The position numbers and the translations under genes are program-made. Of a DNA stretch of 64,000 nucleotides, positions 50,827-64,000 are shown piece after piece. Below the pieces are notes generated by a model. That model worked only from the letters and a program-made list of their open reading frames with translations. It did not search any database and was not told the DNA's origin. Every line of letters starts with the position of its first letter. The stretch's first letter is position 1. The DNA is from the human T2T-CHM13v2.0 reference genome, Homo sapiens. The stretch lies in NCBI RefSeq assembly GCF_009914755.1, contig NC_060947.1. One strand, 5' to 3'.

Positions 50827-53800
50827 TTGTAAGGTAAACTGAAAAGTGGACCAATAGTTGATATAAAATGTGATAACTGCTATGGTAGAGAAACCTCCCT
50901 TGGCTCCACCTTGCTTCCAGGCCCTTTAGAGGTGGCCTTACTCCACTTCCAGCCTTATTTCCTTCCATGTGGTCAAGCCCCCACTATACTGCACTCTAAT
51001 CATCCCCAGAACATGGCATGCCTTTTTCTTTCCCCAGACTTTTCCATATGCCCTTTTCTCTACCTTGAATACCCTCCCCTGGCCAGCAACCTCAAGTGGC
51101 ATAGCACTCCTTTTAAATCTTTATTTGAGGTATTTGTCTCATGTTGAGGGCAGAGACTATGTCAAGCTGATCTCTGTATCCCTAGTGCTTAGCATAGTCC
51201 TTACTTCCTGAAGTAATGCAATGATGCAGAAAAGAGAGAAGATATAATTGTCCCTAGCTCTCAGATTGCTTCCATTCTCCTTGTAGGAGGAAAGAGAAAC
51301 AGAAGTGAACATTCCCATTCTGTACAGCCCAGTTTGTAGTAGAATTAAGTGTGAATATGTGCAAGATGTATTACAAATGATAGAACATGGGCGGAGGATT
51401 CATGAGATGAAATAATTGAACTGGGCCTTGAAGCCGTTGATCATATGAAAGGTATGGAGGAGTAGCTAAGAGATGGGAGTGGGAAAAGATAATAGAACAC
51501 ACTATTCCCCAGACAGTAAGAAAACCAAACCCCAGAGAGTACAGACCTGACACCCACTTCATGTACATAAGAGGTCTACTCCCACCCTGAGGTTTGCTCC
51601 TACCCTGATGTGTGGATAAATCTTGAATCCTTTAAGCAGGTAACAAAGGGAAAGGGTTAAAGAATGATGGGAGTTTTGGACTGCTGGAAAGCACTGGGAG
51701 TGACAGGTTTAGAGAATTAACACAGGCACACTGCCACCAAATAAGCTGATATTCCAAGCACAGGAAGTGAACTCTTCCTTAGCACTTCTGATTCAGCTAA
51801 TTTAGACTGAGCACCAATCATGTACAATGTGCTTCCTATATATTGTCTTGCTTAGCTTTCACAATAGTAAGATGGTGAAGTCTCAGTGGCAAAATAGATT
51901 CAAACCAAAGTTTTCTGGTGATGACAAAGCCTGGTTACTTTCATTGTGCCATACTGCCATGGTTAGCTCGGTGGACCCAAGTTTGGGATCTGGAGATATT
52001 CTTAGTGAGCTACTTCCTTCCTTCCTTCGTTACTTTTCTCCCTCTCTATAAGCTTCTAATCCTGAGATACCCCATCCAAAAGAGCATGGACAGTCTCTGG
52101 AATGGGGCATCCACAAATACTTCCAAGACTGGTATGACAATTTTGCCCAGATACAAAGGCTCCTCTGGAGGGTTTCTGGGGGAACTTCTTTGTGGAATAG
52201 GAGAGACTTGAGCTGGGCCTGAAAGGATAATAGTGCTTTTAGACAAAGCAGGTATTTGGGGTATAAGGTAGAGCGATCTATAGATCTTAAAGTCTTGAGT
52301 CGGGGGAAATGTCGTGTGTGTTAGGATGGCCTTCAGGGAAGAACAGTGAGGAAGACTGGTGGGGCCGGGCTTAAGAGTTCATGTTGGCAAATAGTGGGAG
52401 ATCAGACCGGGTAGAGCCTAAATGTAGAGGAATTAGGAGTTTACGTGAGTTCTGCAAGCTGGTATGTGTAGACACAGGAGCCTGCCTAGACAAATATAGC
52501 TGTAGAGACAGTCATGGATTAGTTGACTGGGGCAGCTGGGAAGGCTGCCACTGGGGGTGGGTAATGTAATTGAAACTTCTTTCATGCCAAGATCCTCTGA
52601 AATGGAAATGGTGAACAAGGGCCCACCAATGACGAAGTTGTGTGCCTTGGGTTCCTTCACCTCCATTTTCCACCCTCCGTTCTCTTTGGATTTCAATAGA
52701 TCCATCTTGCCCTTCTGCACACAGCGCCCTCACTTTCTGTCACCAGCAGAATCTCACCCAGAACCACCTTCTTTAGGAAGGATCTTTTTCTCTCACTAAC
52801 TAGTTCTCTTTCCTTCCGCCAAACAAACCGTATCATTTTTTCTTAGGGCTCCATCATGTTACTAGCACAAACCTGATTAGACAAATTCACAGAAAATGTT
52901 AGTGTTTTGATAATGTCTTAATAATGTTCAAATTTGAACGAGAGCCTGCAATGCCTTTGCTAGAAGCAAGGGTCGCCATGAGACTTTAGGCTTAGATAAA
53001 GGGAGATTGTGATGGGGTGAGAATAGGGTAGGGACAGGAATTTGAGAAGGGGACCTTTTCATGACCTTTGCATAAAGATAGTCTTGCTTGTTTCTTAAAT
53101 ATTTGAAAAGAGGCTTCCCTCCATTCCCCTCCATATTCTCCCTACCTTGTTCCTGCATTCCAGGATCCTACCAGAAATAATTGTATTAATTAAACAGCAT
53201 TTAGGTGCAGAGAAAATGCCCAGTTTGGTTTGGGGATAGAAACTTTTCTTGAGTTGTTAAGGACCTCACAGAACTGTAGCTGCTGCTATTGGAGCCATGT
53301 TCACAGCTCCCTTGAACACTAAAATTAACAGATGGGACACTTCAATCCAGGGCACAGTTGTCAAAAACCACAGTTTAAATCAGTCACAGACAACTGTTTC
53401 ATTCCCCACACTTGCCTGGGTGTAACAACTGCAGGAATGCCTCTGCTTAAATCGCATCCAGTGACACCACAGAGAGAGACATGTCTAGGCTGCATTCATT
53501 CTCAGGACTTTCTGAGCTTCTTTTAGAGCAGGGGTCAGCAACCTTTCCAAAATGGGGTGCCAGGGTTCTGACCCATGTTCTTTTATAGGACTAGTGCGTG
53601 TGGACTTATGTATGCAAACAACGGCAAGGTGGGAGGGTGGTGAGGTAGGGAGAAAAGAGGGAGTTATACTGACTCTTGAAGAAGGAGATATGGTGGCCAA
53701 CTATTAGCCAGAGACAGAGCACCGCTGGGTGACAACTTACAAAAATAAATGGTGAGGAAAGGGTTTTACCTGTTGCTTCTGACTGGTGTGCCTGTAATAG

Positions 53801-55544
53801 CCGGTCTATGGGTCATCCCTGGGTATACAGCCAACTCTTTGATAATGACTAATCCATTTATTCATTCACTCAGGCACTTGTTAAGTGGCCACACTTTGTG
53901 GAACACTGGAAACCCAGACACAAATAAGATGCTTTCTTCCCTCAAGGAGCTCACATCACAGTCTAGTTTCTGTTCCCAGTAATTCAACTATTCATTTGGT
54001 GAACTCACTGTCATGTATTTCACTAGCACTTGTTGAGTGTCAGGAGCCATCCTGCACTTGTGGTATGCAGAGATGCCGAGAAAAATCAGACAAGGTCCTT
54101 GACCTCAAGGGGATTCCAGTCTAGTAGCATAAAAGGACAAGTAGACATTTCCATTTCTATTCAGTGTGGTAGGAGACATTTGGCTTAGATGAGCCTCTGA
54201 GACACCTTCTGATACAAGATCCCTGATCTAGAGGGAGTATACCTTAGATTTGGGGAGAATCAGCCTTGGGGGAGGCAGATCCCTGTGTCTGAGAGTTGTC
54301 TTGTCACTGTACCAGGATGAAAGAGATGTTACCCAAAACAAGAATAAAAACTGTTTACCTAGATGCTTGGTAAACATTTGTTATTCTTGTTTTGGGAACC
54401 ATTTCTTTCATCATTCTCTTTACAGACGAGAAATAAACTGAAGTTAGTGAAATGAAATAGGGAGGCCTCCTGATCAACAGATTATGTTCTACTTGTGGTT
54501 CATGGGCTCTGGAGCTTCTTAAGCTGATAGTCATCCTGTCAATGTCCTACTACCTTGTGCTGGCAGGTCTCAATCTGGGGGTCTCTAAAGGCAGCAAATG
54601 ATACCCTTAAGCTATTTTTCAATATTAAAAAATCATAGAAATTGTACTTTCAGCCAAGACAAAGCCACAGAGAGCTAAGTACAATATCATGTTTCTTTGC
54701 TTTTGACTGAAATTATATTAGCTTTGGTGTGGTTAGCTCATGTGGATCAGAAGCCCTGAGTGAGTAAAAAATTGGAAAAACGAATTATTCCATAATAAAT
54801 GCAGTTTCGCTAGATAAAAATTTTTCCAAATGTGGGGGCCACAGGGGGAAAAATAATAAAAGGGATCCTTGGTGGTGTAAAGGTTGGAAATCACTGGCCT
54901 CCACGTCTGGATGCCAAAGTTTGGCTGCAGATTCAAAGCCTGTGACCACAGAATCCTGGGATTATTGGCATCTGACACCCCTGATGTGGTTCCTGTTGGA
55001 AAAGCAAACATGCTCCCTGCCCAGCTTTCTAAAGTGTTATACATTAACTGGCTTACAAAGCACCATTCACGAGTGGACAGGTTTTTTTTGGATCGCGGTT
55101 TACTGTGTTTTTGTACCTGCAGTGAAAGAACGTTTCAGAGGAAGCACAGGCTTGCCTAAAATCCACAAAGCTATGCTATTGCCAGACAAGCACAGAACTC
55201 CTTATAACTCACAGAGCTGGAACAAGCTGTCCACATCTTTCTCCTTCTCATTGACAGCCTTCATCCAGTACCTCTGAGAACGCACATTCCATGAACACAC
55301 GCAAAATAGACTAAGAATATCCATTGGGTATAAGCAAAGAAGGAGGGGCCCTGCAGGCTAGAGAGTGAGGAAGGAGGTTTGAAGGAGACTGGTTAGAGAA
55401 TCATTCTCACTCTTCCCATTGACTGAAAAAGCTTTCTGCAGGAGGCTTAGGAGGAGAGCTCAGGAAAACTTAAGGGAGAGGAGGCCCGAGGCTTCTGGAG
55501 AGAAAAGGGATTTCCAGTAACATTGATCCTAGCCTACATTTAAA

Positions 55545-56778
55545 AATAAATTTTTAATTTAATGGTGATAAAATACACATAAGATAAAACTTACTGTCTT
55601 AACTATTTTTAAGCATACAATTCAGTAATGTTAAGTATATTCACATTGTTGTGAAACAGATCTGCAGAACTTTTTCATTTTGTAAAACTGAAACACTGTA
55701 TTCATTAAATAACTCCACATTTTCCCCTCCCTTCAGCCTCTGATAGCTGCCACTCTACTTTCTGTTTCCATGAGTTTTCCTACTTTAAATACCTTATATA
55801 TGTAGAATATATAGTATTTGTCTTTTTGTGACTGGCTTATTTCACTCAGCATAATGACCTCAAGTTTCATCCATGTTGTAGCATGTGTCAGAAATTCCTT
55901 CCTTTAAAAGGCTGAATAATATTCCATTGTATGTATATATTACATTTTGTTTACCCATTCATCTGTCAATAAACACTTGGGTTGATTCCATCTTTTGGAT
56001 ACTGTGAATAATGCTGCGATGAGCATGGTTGTACAAATATCTCTTTGAGATCTTGCCTTCAGTTCTTTTGGATATATACCCAGAAGTGGGATTGCTGAAT
56101 TGAATGCCAATTCTATTTTTAATTTCTTGAGGAACCACCTTACTATTTTCTATAGCAGCTGCACCATTTTACATTCCCACCAACAGTGCCCAAAGGCTCC
56201 AATTTCTCTATATGCTTATCAACATTTCTTATTTTCTTTTTTTAATTTTTAATTTTAATTTTTGTAGGTACATAGTAGGTATATATATTTATGGAGCACA
56301 TGAGATGTTTTGATACATGCATGCAATGCATAATAATCACATCAGGGTAAATAGGGTATCCATCTCCTCAAGCATTTATCCTTTGTGTTACAAACAATTC
56401 AATTATACTCAGTTAGTTTTAAATGTACAATTATTATTGACTATAGTCACTCTATTGTGCTATCAAACACTTTTTTTGATAATAGATTTCCTGATCGATA
56501 TAAGCTAATATCTCATTTTGTTTTTGATTTGCATTTTCCTAATGACTATGGATATTGAACATCTTTTCATGTACTTGCTGGCCATTTGTATATCTACTTT
56601 GGAGAAATGTCTGTTCAAGTTGTTTGCCCATTTTTGATAAGATTATTTGTTTTGTTATTGGATTTCAGAATTCTTTATATGTTCTGGATATTAATCCCTT
56701 ATCTGATATATGGTTTGTAAATATTTCTCTCATTCCATAGGTTACCTGTTTAGTCTGTTGATTGTGTCTTATGGTGCT
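55545..56778 (-). mobile_element. L1M(A/B) 3' end with a nested second L1MA 3' fragment (~56235-56470)
   Basis: Antisense L1 3'UTR; perfect 16-bp TSD ctagcctacatttaaa at 55529-55544 and 56779-56794. Confidence 0.85.
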
Positions 56779-56970
56779 CTAGCCTACATTTAAACTATTT
56801 TTAATTGATAAAATACAAGCTGTATATATTTATGGCATACAATAAGTTTCAAAATGTGTATACATTGTGGAATTGTGAAATCAGTGAAATCAAACTAATT
56901 ATCACATGCATTATCTGTCATGCTTACCTTTTTGTGTATAGTGGAAACACGAACACCAGCCCACATTTTT

Positions 56971-57207
56971 GAAAATTATACTTTAAGTTCTGGGGTACAT
57001 ATGCACAACATACAGGTTTGTTACATAAGTATACATGTGCCGTGTTGGTTTGCTGCACCCATCAACTCGTCATTTACATTAGGTATTTCTCCTAATGCTC
57101 TCCCTCCCTTGCCCCCCACCACCCCTGACAGGCCCTGGAGTGTGATATTCTGTTCCCTGTGTCCATGTGTTCTCATTGTTCAACTCCCACTTATGAGTGA
57201 GAACATG
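56971..57207 (-). mobile_element. Short L1PA 3' end
   Basis: attatactttaagttctggggtacat...cccacttatgagtgagaacatg; 17-bp TSD caccagcccacattttt at 56954-56970 and 57208-57224. Confidence 0.9.
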
Positions 57208-57989
57208 CACCAGCCCACATTTTTAAAAACAGGAAAAATGTGATAAAATGAAGAACAAACCCAGCAAGAATGATGCTCATATGCCAGGGGCCAGATGAGA
57301 TGATTTCTCCAAGTCCTTTGGAATCGATGTTCTTGAGTTCCAGACCTCCTGGTGATGCTCCTCCAGAGCCCCTCCAAAGCTTTTGGGGCACCACTTTGTC
57401 TTTACACTATTAGCTCTAAGCTGCTTCTACAGAGAATGGGCCCCTTTCTAAGTAACCTCTTTAACACCCACAACTTTCTTGTTGCTTTCTCCATACCTAC
57501 ACAATCTACCTTTTCAGACAACAGCATCTTCAGATAGCAGGCTCAAATCTATTTGTAACCCCTTTGCTGTTCCAGTTAGGGAAGAGGCTAAACTCTAATT
57601 TTATGAGAGCCGTAATGGCAGGACTTAGACATATGAAAATTTTTGCAGAGGCAAGTTGGTCTAATGTAAAGACTATCAGACCATCACTTTCTTGCTGTGC
57701 AACAGTTCACAGATCACTTCCTCTCCAAGCTCCCATTTCCTGTCTGAAAACATGAGGATAACCCCACCCCATTCTGCTGGGGTTTGGTGAGGTTTGTTCA
57801 GGAGAAAGTTTGTGTGCTGCCTGGCACACCACAGGAGAACTCAACTATTGGTAAGTCTTTCCACTGGGCCTGGACTTTTCAGCCAGAGCAAAGCATGCCC
57901 AACCAAAGCCCATCATGATACCAGCCCCCAGTGCATGACTTGTCTCTTGTTCTTGTGTGCCTCTGGTCCAGTCTCCACAAGGTTGCAGC

Positions 57990-58525
57990 AGAAGTGATCT
58001 ATTTACAACTTTTATCTGCTTATCACACTCTCCTGCTTAAAACTCTTTAATGACTCTCTGAGTGCTCTTCAGGGGGAAATTCAAACTTCTTAATGTGGCT
58101 AAAAGACCCCACGTCGTCGCCTCTGTCTGCCTTTCTCATGTCACCTCTCACCACCTCTCCACCATAACACTCCATACTTCAGCCACATTGGACTTCTTTC
58201 AGTTGCTTCAACAAATGGTCCTGTTTTATTCAGGGCCTTCACATATTCATTTACTCTCATCTGGAACAGCTAACTTTTACTCATCTTTAAGTTCAGTTAA
58301 TATGTCACTTCCTCTGGGAAGGCTTTCTTAACATCCCTCAGGTTGAATTAGGTGTGCCATGGGGCCATTCTATGCTTCCTCATGTCACAGCACTGGGCAT
58401 ACTGTGTATAATTACATCTACCTTAGCTATATTTGGAGCTCTGTGAGGTGAAGGGCCATGTCTATTTATCCCCTAGAGCCTAGCACAGCACCTGGCACAT
58501 AGCATGTTGCACATGTGTCAAACAA
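57990..58525 (+). mobile_element. L2 3' fragment
   Basis: tcacactctcctgcttaaaactcttta...cctagcacagcacctggcacatagca. Confidence 0.6.
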
Positions 58526-59456
58526 AGGAATCCTATTTTACCTTTCCAACATTGTCTACATGCACTCACTCCCCCACACTCTACATCTTAGGCTCTTCTA
58601 CCTCACTAGAAGCCTTTCTGATCTCCAGACACATTGGGCACAGATCATACCTCTTTAACTTTGTTCATATGGTCTTTCTGGCTGGAAGTCTCTTGTTCTT
58701 CCCTCTTCTCTTCCGCCCCTCCCCTCTTTGCCTAACAAACTCCAACTTATTTAAGCCTCAGCTCAAGTTTCACCTCCTCAGTGAAGCCTGTGCTTGAAGA
58801 GAAGCATTAAAATAAAGATTTATCCTAGGCAGGATAATTCTTAGCTCATTCTTCATCATTAATGCTTTATTATACCAAGTCCAATATCTAACAGCCTTCA
58901 TCACCCCACCCTAGCAGTTAGACTGCCCTCCTCTGGGCTCTCTCAGCTCCTTACAACACCTCCATCATAGCACTTCCTCAATGCTTTGGGGGATAGATTT
59001 TGTTTGTTTAGTTTAGGTTTTTCTCCTGAATGAGGTAGGAGGACATTTCATGTCCTTACCCACTCCCCACCCCCTGCCGACCCCTTGTAAGAGGACCTTA
59101 GTCTCATTTCTTCAATTAAAACAAAACATAAATTCTGTCCCCTCCCCCCTACCCTTTGTCTTTTTTTTTTTTTTTTTTTTCCTGCCAGTGTGCCCACTCA
59201 TTACTGAGACAAGCCAGGGCTGCTTCCCTTTCAGGAAGCATAATTTTTTCCAATTAGCCTTTGATTGGAAACAGTACCATTGCAGCTGGGCTGCTTTTAA
59301 TGCCTGCTGATGGGCTGCCTGGTCATACGGAAAGAGCACTGGCCCAGGAGTGGAAGCCCATCTCTGCGCTTAACCAAGGGTCTGAATGTGAGAAACTTCC
59401 TTTCCTTCCTTGGGCCTCAGTTTACTCTTTTTCTGAACAATGAGGAACTTGAACTT

Positions 59457-59622
59457 AGTGTTTTGCTATTTTAAAGTGTGGTCCACAGACCAGGAGCATG
59501 AAGTACCAGTGGGCAGCTTGTTAAAAACACAGAATCTGGGCCCCACACCAAATCTCCAAAATCATAGTCTGCATTTTAGCAAGATCCCCAGGTGATTCTA
59601 TCCACAAGTTTGGGAAGCTCTG
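59457..59622. mobile_element. MER5-type hAT MITE
   Basis: aaagtgtggtccacagaccag...cagaatctgggccccacacc...ctgcattttagcaagatccccaggtgattc...aagtttgggaagc. Confidence 0.7.
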
Positions 59623-61136
59623 TAAGCTTCGCAGATGAAAGATTCACTGAAGCTCTTGTTAAATATTCAGCTTCCCAGGCCACTGTCCTGGAGACTCAAA
59701 TGAGGTGGAACTGGGATGGGGTCCCTGAAGTTGTATTTGTAACAAGTACCTGAAGTGACTCACATCCCTAGAGGACTTTGTGAAACGTTAGACAAGTGGT
59801 TGATAAAGGCCCTTCCACCTTTGACATTCTGCAATTCTATATGCACTTGTTCATTACCAAGGATCGTAAATAGTGATACCTAATTCAGAATTCTGGGACT
59901 TACCCCTCTCTCCATTAGGGTAAACATTTTTTAAAACATCCAGGGCTGTGCCAGTGGGAAAAGGAAGAGAGATTACAACAAATCAAGCCAAGTCTTCTTC
60001 ATTGGAAAGAATCAGCACCTCTGGGATTCAAAGAGAAATTAAATTATCTGCTTACTCAAGCCTCTCTTTCTCTGAAGCATTCAAGCTTGATATAATCAGA
60101 TGATCTCAAAGACCTTCTTGGGTATTGAAAAGGGGATATTAGAAATGGAGGGTGCAACACCTGTCCCACACTGGCAACGGAATCCAGGAGAGGGGTTCCA
60201 GACAAGTTGACAAGGAAACCTGGAGAAAGCCTCTCCCTGAAAGGAATTCTATTTTCCAAGCCCTCAGTGTGGATGCATGGCCTGTTTAAAAAGGGGTGTT
60301 TTCTGATTTGTGAGTGTATTTATATAAATTATATATATAGTTGTATGCTTAACAAATCACCTTTATTTGGAAAAGGAAAGAAAAATTACATAATTTACAT
60401 AAGATCACGACTGCCCTGGAAAATTCAGGATAGAAAGTTGCCAGTTTTTCTCCATGTTTGGGCTTGTTTTTCTTATAAATATGCCCTAAGTTCCATTGCT
60501 GGTAGCTTTATGGCAACATCTGAGATTTAGACAGGTGGAGAGAATGTGGAAGGGCATTCAGAGGGTATTTTTCTAGGCAGGGAAAGAAGGGTAGGCTCTG
60601 TCAGCAAGAGTGAAGTGTGATTGAGCATTGCATAGCGAGAGCTGAAGTCGGGGAAGGAGATGCATGAGAAGCTATTGGGCTGTCCGGAGCAGAGGCCCAG
60701 GTCTGGGAACAGGGGACGCTCAGGCTGAGTTGCTCAAGTCAGGGCTTTCTGTTCTTCCCATTTCCTCCCTACATCCAATCTGTACATCAGCTTCTGACAA
60801 TTCTATATGGACAACTTTTCGCTCTTATTCCTCCTCTCTACCACCACTGCTCTGGCCTTAATTCAGAATCTGCTTTTGTCTCTATCTGCACAGCTTGCAA
60901 CAGCTGTGAAGACCCTTTCCAGAGTGTCTTTACTGGTGTAAGTTTCTTCTCAAGCTTGAAAAGGCTATCTTTCTCTACAGAAACTAAATATATAGACCTA
61001 ACTGAAATAAACAGTCTCTTGCATCTTTTCTTCTCCTGGGAGAAGTGCAAACTAACCCAAATGACCAAAAAGATCATATATGCTGCTTAAATTCTCACTG
61101 AGTCCTCAATGAAAAGGAAGCAGAATTCACAAGAGC

Positions 61137-61330
61137 AGGGGGTTCTCAAACTAGAGAGGGTCTCAGATGCCTCATGGAGAGCTTGTTAACACGGGAATCG
61201 CTGAACCCCACGCGCAGAGTTTCTGATCCAGTATATGTGGGTGGGGCAGGCGTGTGTGTGGCCAAGGATGTGCATTTCTGACAAGTTCCTAGGTGGGGCT
61301 GATGTACTGCTCACACTTTGTGGACCAGGG
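61137..61330. mobile_element. MER5-type hAT MITE
   Basis: caggggttctcaaact...agagtttctgatccagta...tgcatttctgacaagttcctaggtg...cacactttg. Confidence 0.65.
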
Positions 61331-62344
61331 GAGGACAACGGAAGAGAGGCTGAGGAAGGGAAGAGGCAAAGCTGAGGGAAGAGAAAAGGGAGATGGAGAG
61401 AGAACTGAATGCTTTCAGGAGGAACTTCCTTCAAATACCAAACACCTTTTTCCTCATAACTCAACCCCTAGTGGTTTCTCCATTTCCCCATTTCTTTTAG
61501 TCTAAACTAGTGCTTGCTAAACTTATTGACCTCACAGATTATGAGAATTAGAAAAAGAAAAGAAAGAAATATAGATTTTATTTGAGGCCCCTCCTAGGAT
61601 TAGTCACTTTAAATTTTGCCTAGTTAGGACATTCAAAAACAAATACATACCTATCTTCTACCATGACCAAAACTTCATATAAGGAAGGACATTTTTAATA
61701 ACCAAAAGTAAAATGTTATGATCTCAAAACTAAAGATAGTTATTTAAATGAAGTACATTTACTTCTATGAAAAAAGCATACTACATTGTCCTTAGTTTTC
61801 TCTTTATATCACAGCCTGGTGAAAACTTTATTACAGACCACCATTGGCTGCTGTACCAGCATTTGGGAACCACTGATCTAAATCACCGAAATTGTAATTC
61901 TCAGACTACTGCACTTGTGTTTTCCTGCCAGAACCATGTGTACTGGCTCTGTAACTTTGCCACCTCAGGTAATCATCAGTTCTCAGAGAGACCCTTGCTT
62001 TTTGGGACACCTTTCATGCTATTGCCTCTATTTAGATGGCTCACTGCCCACCTGGAAAGCTCTTAATCTGTTTTCAAATGCTGCCAGCTCCATGAAGTTT
62101 TTCTGAACCTCATCATCCTGCAGCAATCATTATTCCATCATTGGTGTTCCCATAGCACTTGCTCCTTTGCACTGGACTCATTTATTTACAGATCTGTCTT
62201 CACTATGCTGGAACTCCTGGAGGCCTAGGTCCAAAGCCTAGCAATTGGCAGGGTACCTAGAACATAGTGCTGTAGTGATGTCTTAATAAAAACCATGAAG
62301 AGGAGTTGGACTTGATTTAATGGTCAGAGAAATGAGACAATCGA

Positions 62345-62625
62345 AAATATTTTTATTGTAGTAAAAAACAACATTAAATTTACCATCTTCACCATTTTTA
62401 AGTGTACAGTTCAGTTGTGTCAAGTATATTGACATTGTTGTGCAACAGATCTCTTGAACTTTTCCATCCTGCAACACTAAAACTCTATACTCACTAAATA
62501 CTACTTCTCCCTTTACCCTCCCCAAGCTTTTGGTAACCACCTTTCTACTTCCTGCTTTTATGATTTTCACTATATTAGATAATTAATATGAGCAGAATCT
62601 TATGGTATTTGTCCTTTTGTGACCA
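62345..62625 (-). mobile_element. L1M 3' terminal fragment
   Basis: ttaaatttaccatcttcaccatttttaagtgtacagttcag...tatttgtccttttgtgac. Confidence 0.75.
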
Positions 62626-62692
62626 AAATGTTCTTTTAGAAAGATTTCACTTGCAGGGGACTGCAGGATAGACCAAGGTGGATGAAAAGGAT

Positions 62693-62778
62693 GTCATGAG
62701 TAATCAGGGACAAGGAGAACCTGACGGTAGTGGGGGTCATGAGTAATCAGGGACAAGGAGAACCTGATGGTAGTGGGG
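62693..62778. repeat. 43-bp tandem duplication (2 copies, 1 mismatch)
   Basis: gtcatgagtaatcagggacaaggagaacctga(c/t)ggtagtgggg x2. Confidence 0.9.
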
Positions 62779-62996
62779 ATAAAAACTGTCAGCAAGAGGC
62801 CTAGCCAGTCTGATTGTTGTATCCAACTTTTCTTTGGATTAGAAACACCAAGAAGTCCCATTTCCATCTACTTTCTTTGTCTCCACCAGAGTGATGGTCA
62901 TGGAGCCAGGTGGTAAAATACTGCTTAGATGAAGAATTCATAATCATCTTGGTCCTTGGGAGTGCCTAGGGGAAGCTGGCATCGTTGCTTCTCTGA

Positions 62997-63476
<480 letters not shown>

Positions 63477-64000
63477 TAAAACCTGATCTGAGAAAACTAT
63501 GTCATCAGTCATTTACGTCTGAGGGTAAATAAGATATCTCCGTGTTTCCTCTCACAGAGAGTAGCTGCACCATCAGCCTATTGAAGAAGAATAGCCACAC
63601 TGTAAAAGAAATTGCAAGCAGCAGGTAGAGGTATTTTGGGGGGCATGGAGTGTTTCTTGGGCTTCTGAAAACATGGTACTAGAAGTCACCACCTGATGAC
63701 ACAGGCTGACATTGGCCAAAGCATCTTATGCATAAAAGGAGGTCACTTTATTCCTGCTCAACTCTGGGGGGAGATCTGAGATCTTATTTTTTGTAAATGT
63801 GCTGTACCAATAATTATGGTGTTTCTATCATACATTTACTCTCAGCTTCTTCTTCTATAAAATTAAGAGGTTGGAAAAAATAATATCTAAGTTCCCTGCC
63901 AGCTTGGACATTTTGAGGTTATATGATTATTGGTTCAGTGTTTTTTGTTTTTGTTTTTGTTTTTAAAAGAATGTCAGCCAGAAATATTGAAATCAAATTT

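Noticed and set aside
48970-62778. Short direct repeats considered as a CRISPR-like array
   Set aside because: Two-copy tandem duplications without spacers in primate DNA; no cas genes.

Overview
Human/primate genomic DNA (Alu, L1PA, MIR, L2 repeats) at the CAPN6 (calpain-6) locus, known to be on Xq23. The complete CAPN6 gene is on the minus strand. It has a non-coding exon 1 near 40577-40690 carrying an interrupted CAG repeat, 12 coding exons between 34143 and 16784 (all GT-AG and phase-consistent, 1926 nt = 641 aa + stop), and a ~1.45 kb 3'UTR ending after AATAAA at 15331-15326. The protein has Lys in place of the catalytic Cys. The left 1.46 kb is a heavily decayed, intronless glutamate dehydrogenase (GLUD1-derived) retrocopy on the minus strand. 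The rest is intronic or intergenic sequence rich in retroelements, including a twin-primed inverted L1, several insertions with intact target-site duplications (TSDs), an ancient CR1/L3 RT fragment and hAT MITEs. I found no convincing novel multi-gene system. The most interesting observations are the GLUD retrocopy, the 5'UTR CAG repeat, the 3'UTR motifs, a CTCF-like site and an L1 templated insertion. Repeat subfamily names and reference protein comparisons are from memory of consensus sequences, not from searches.
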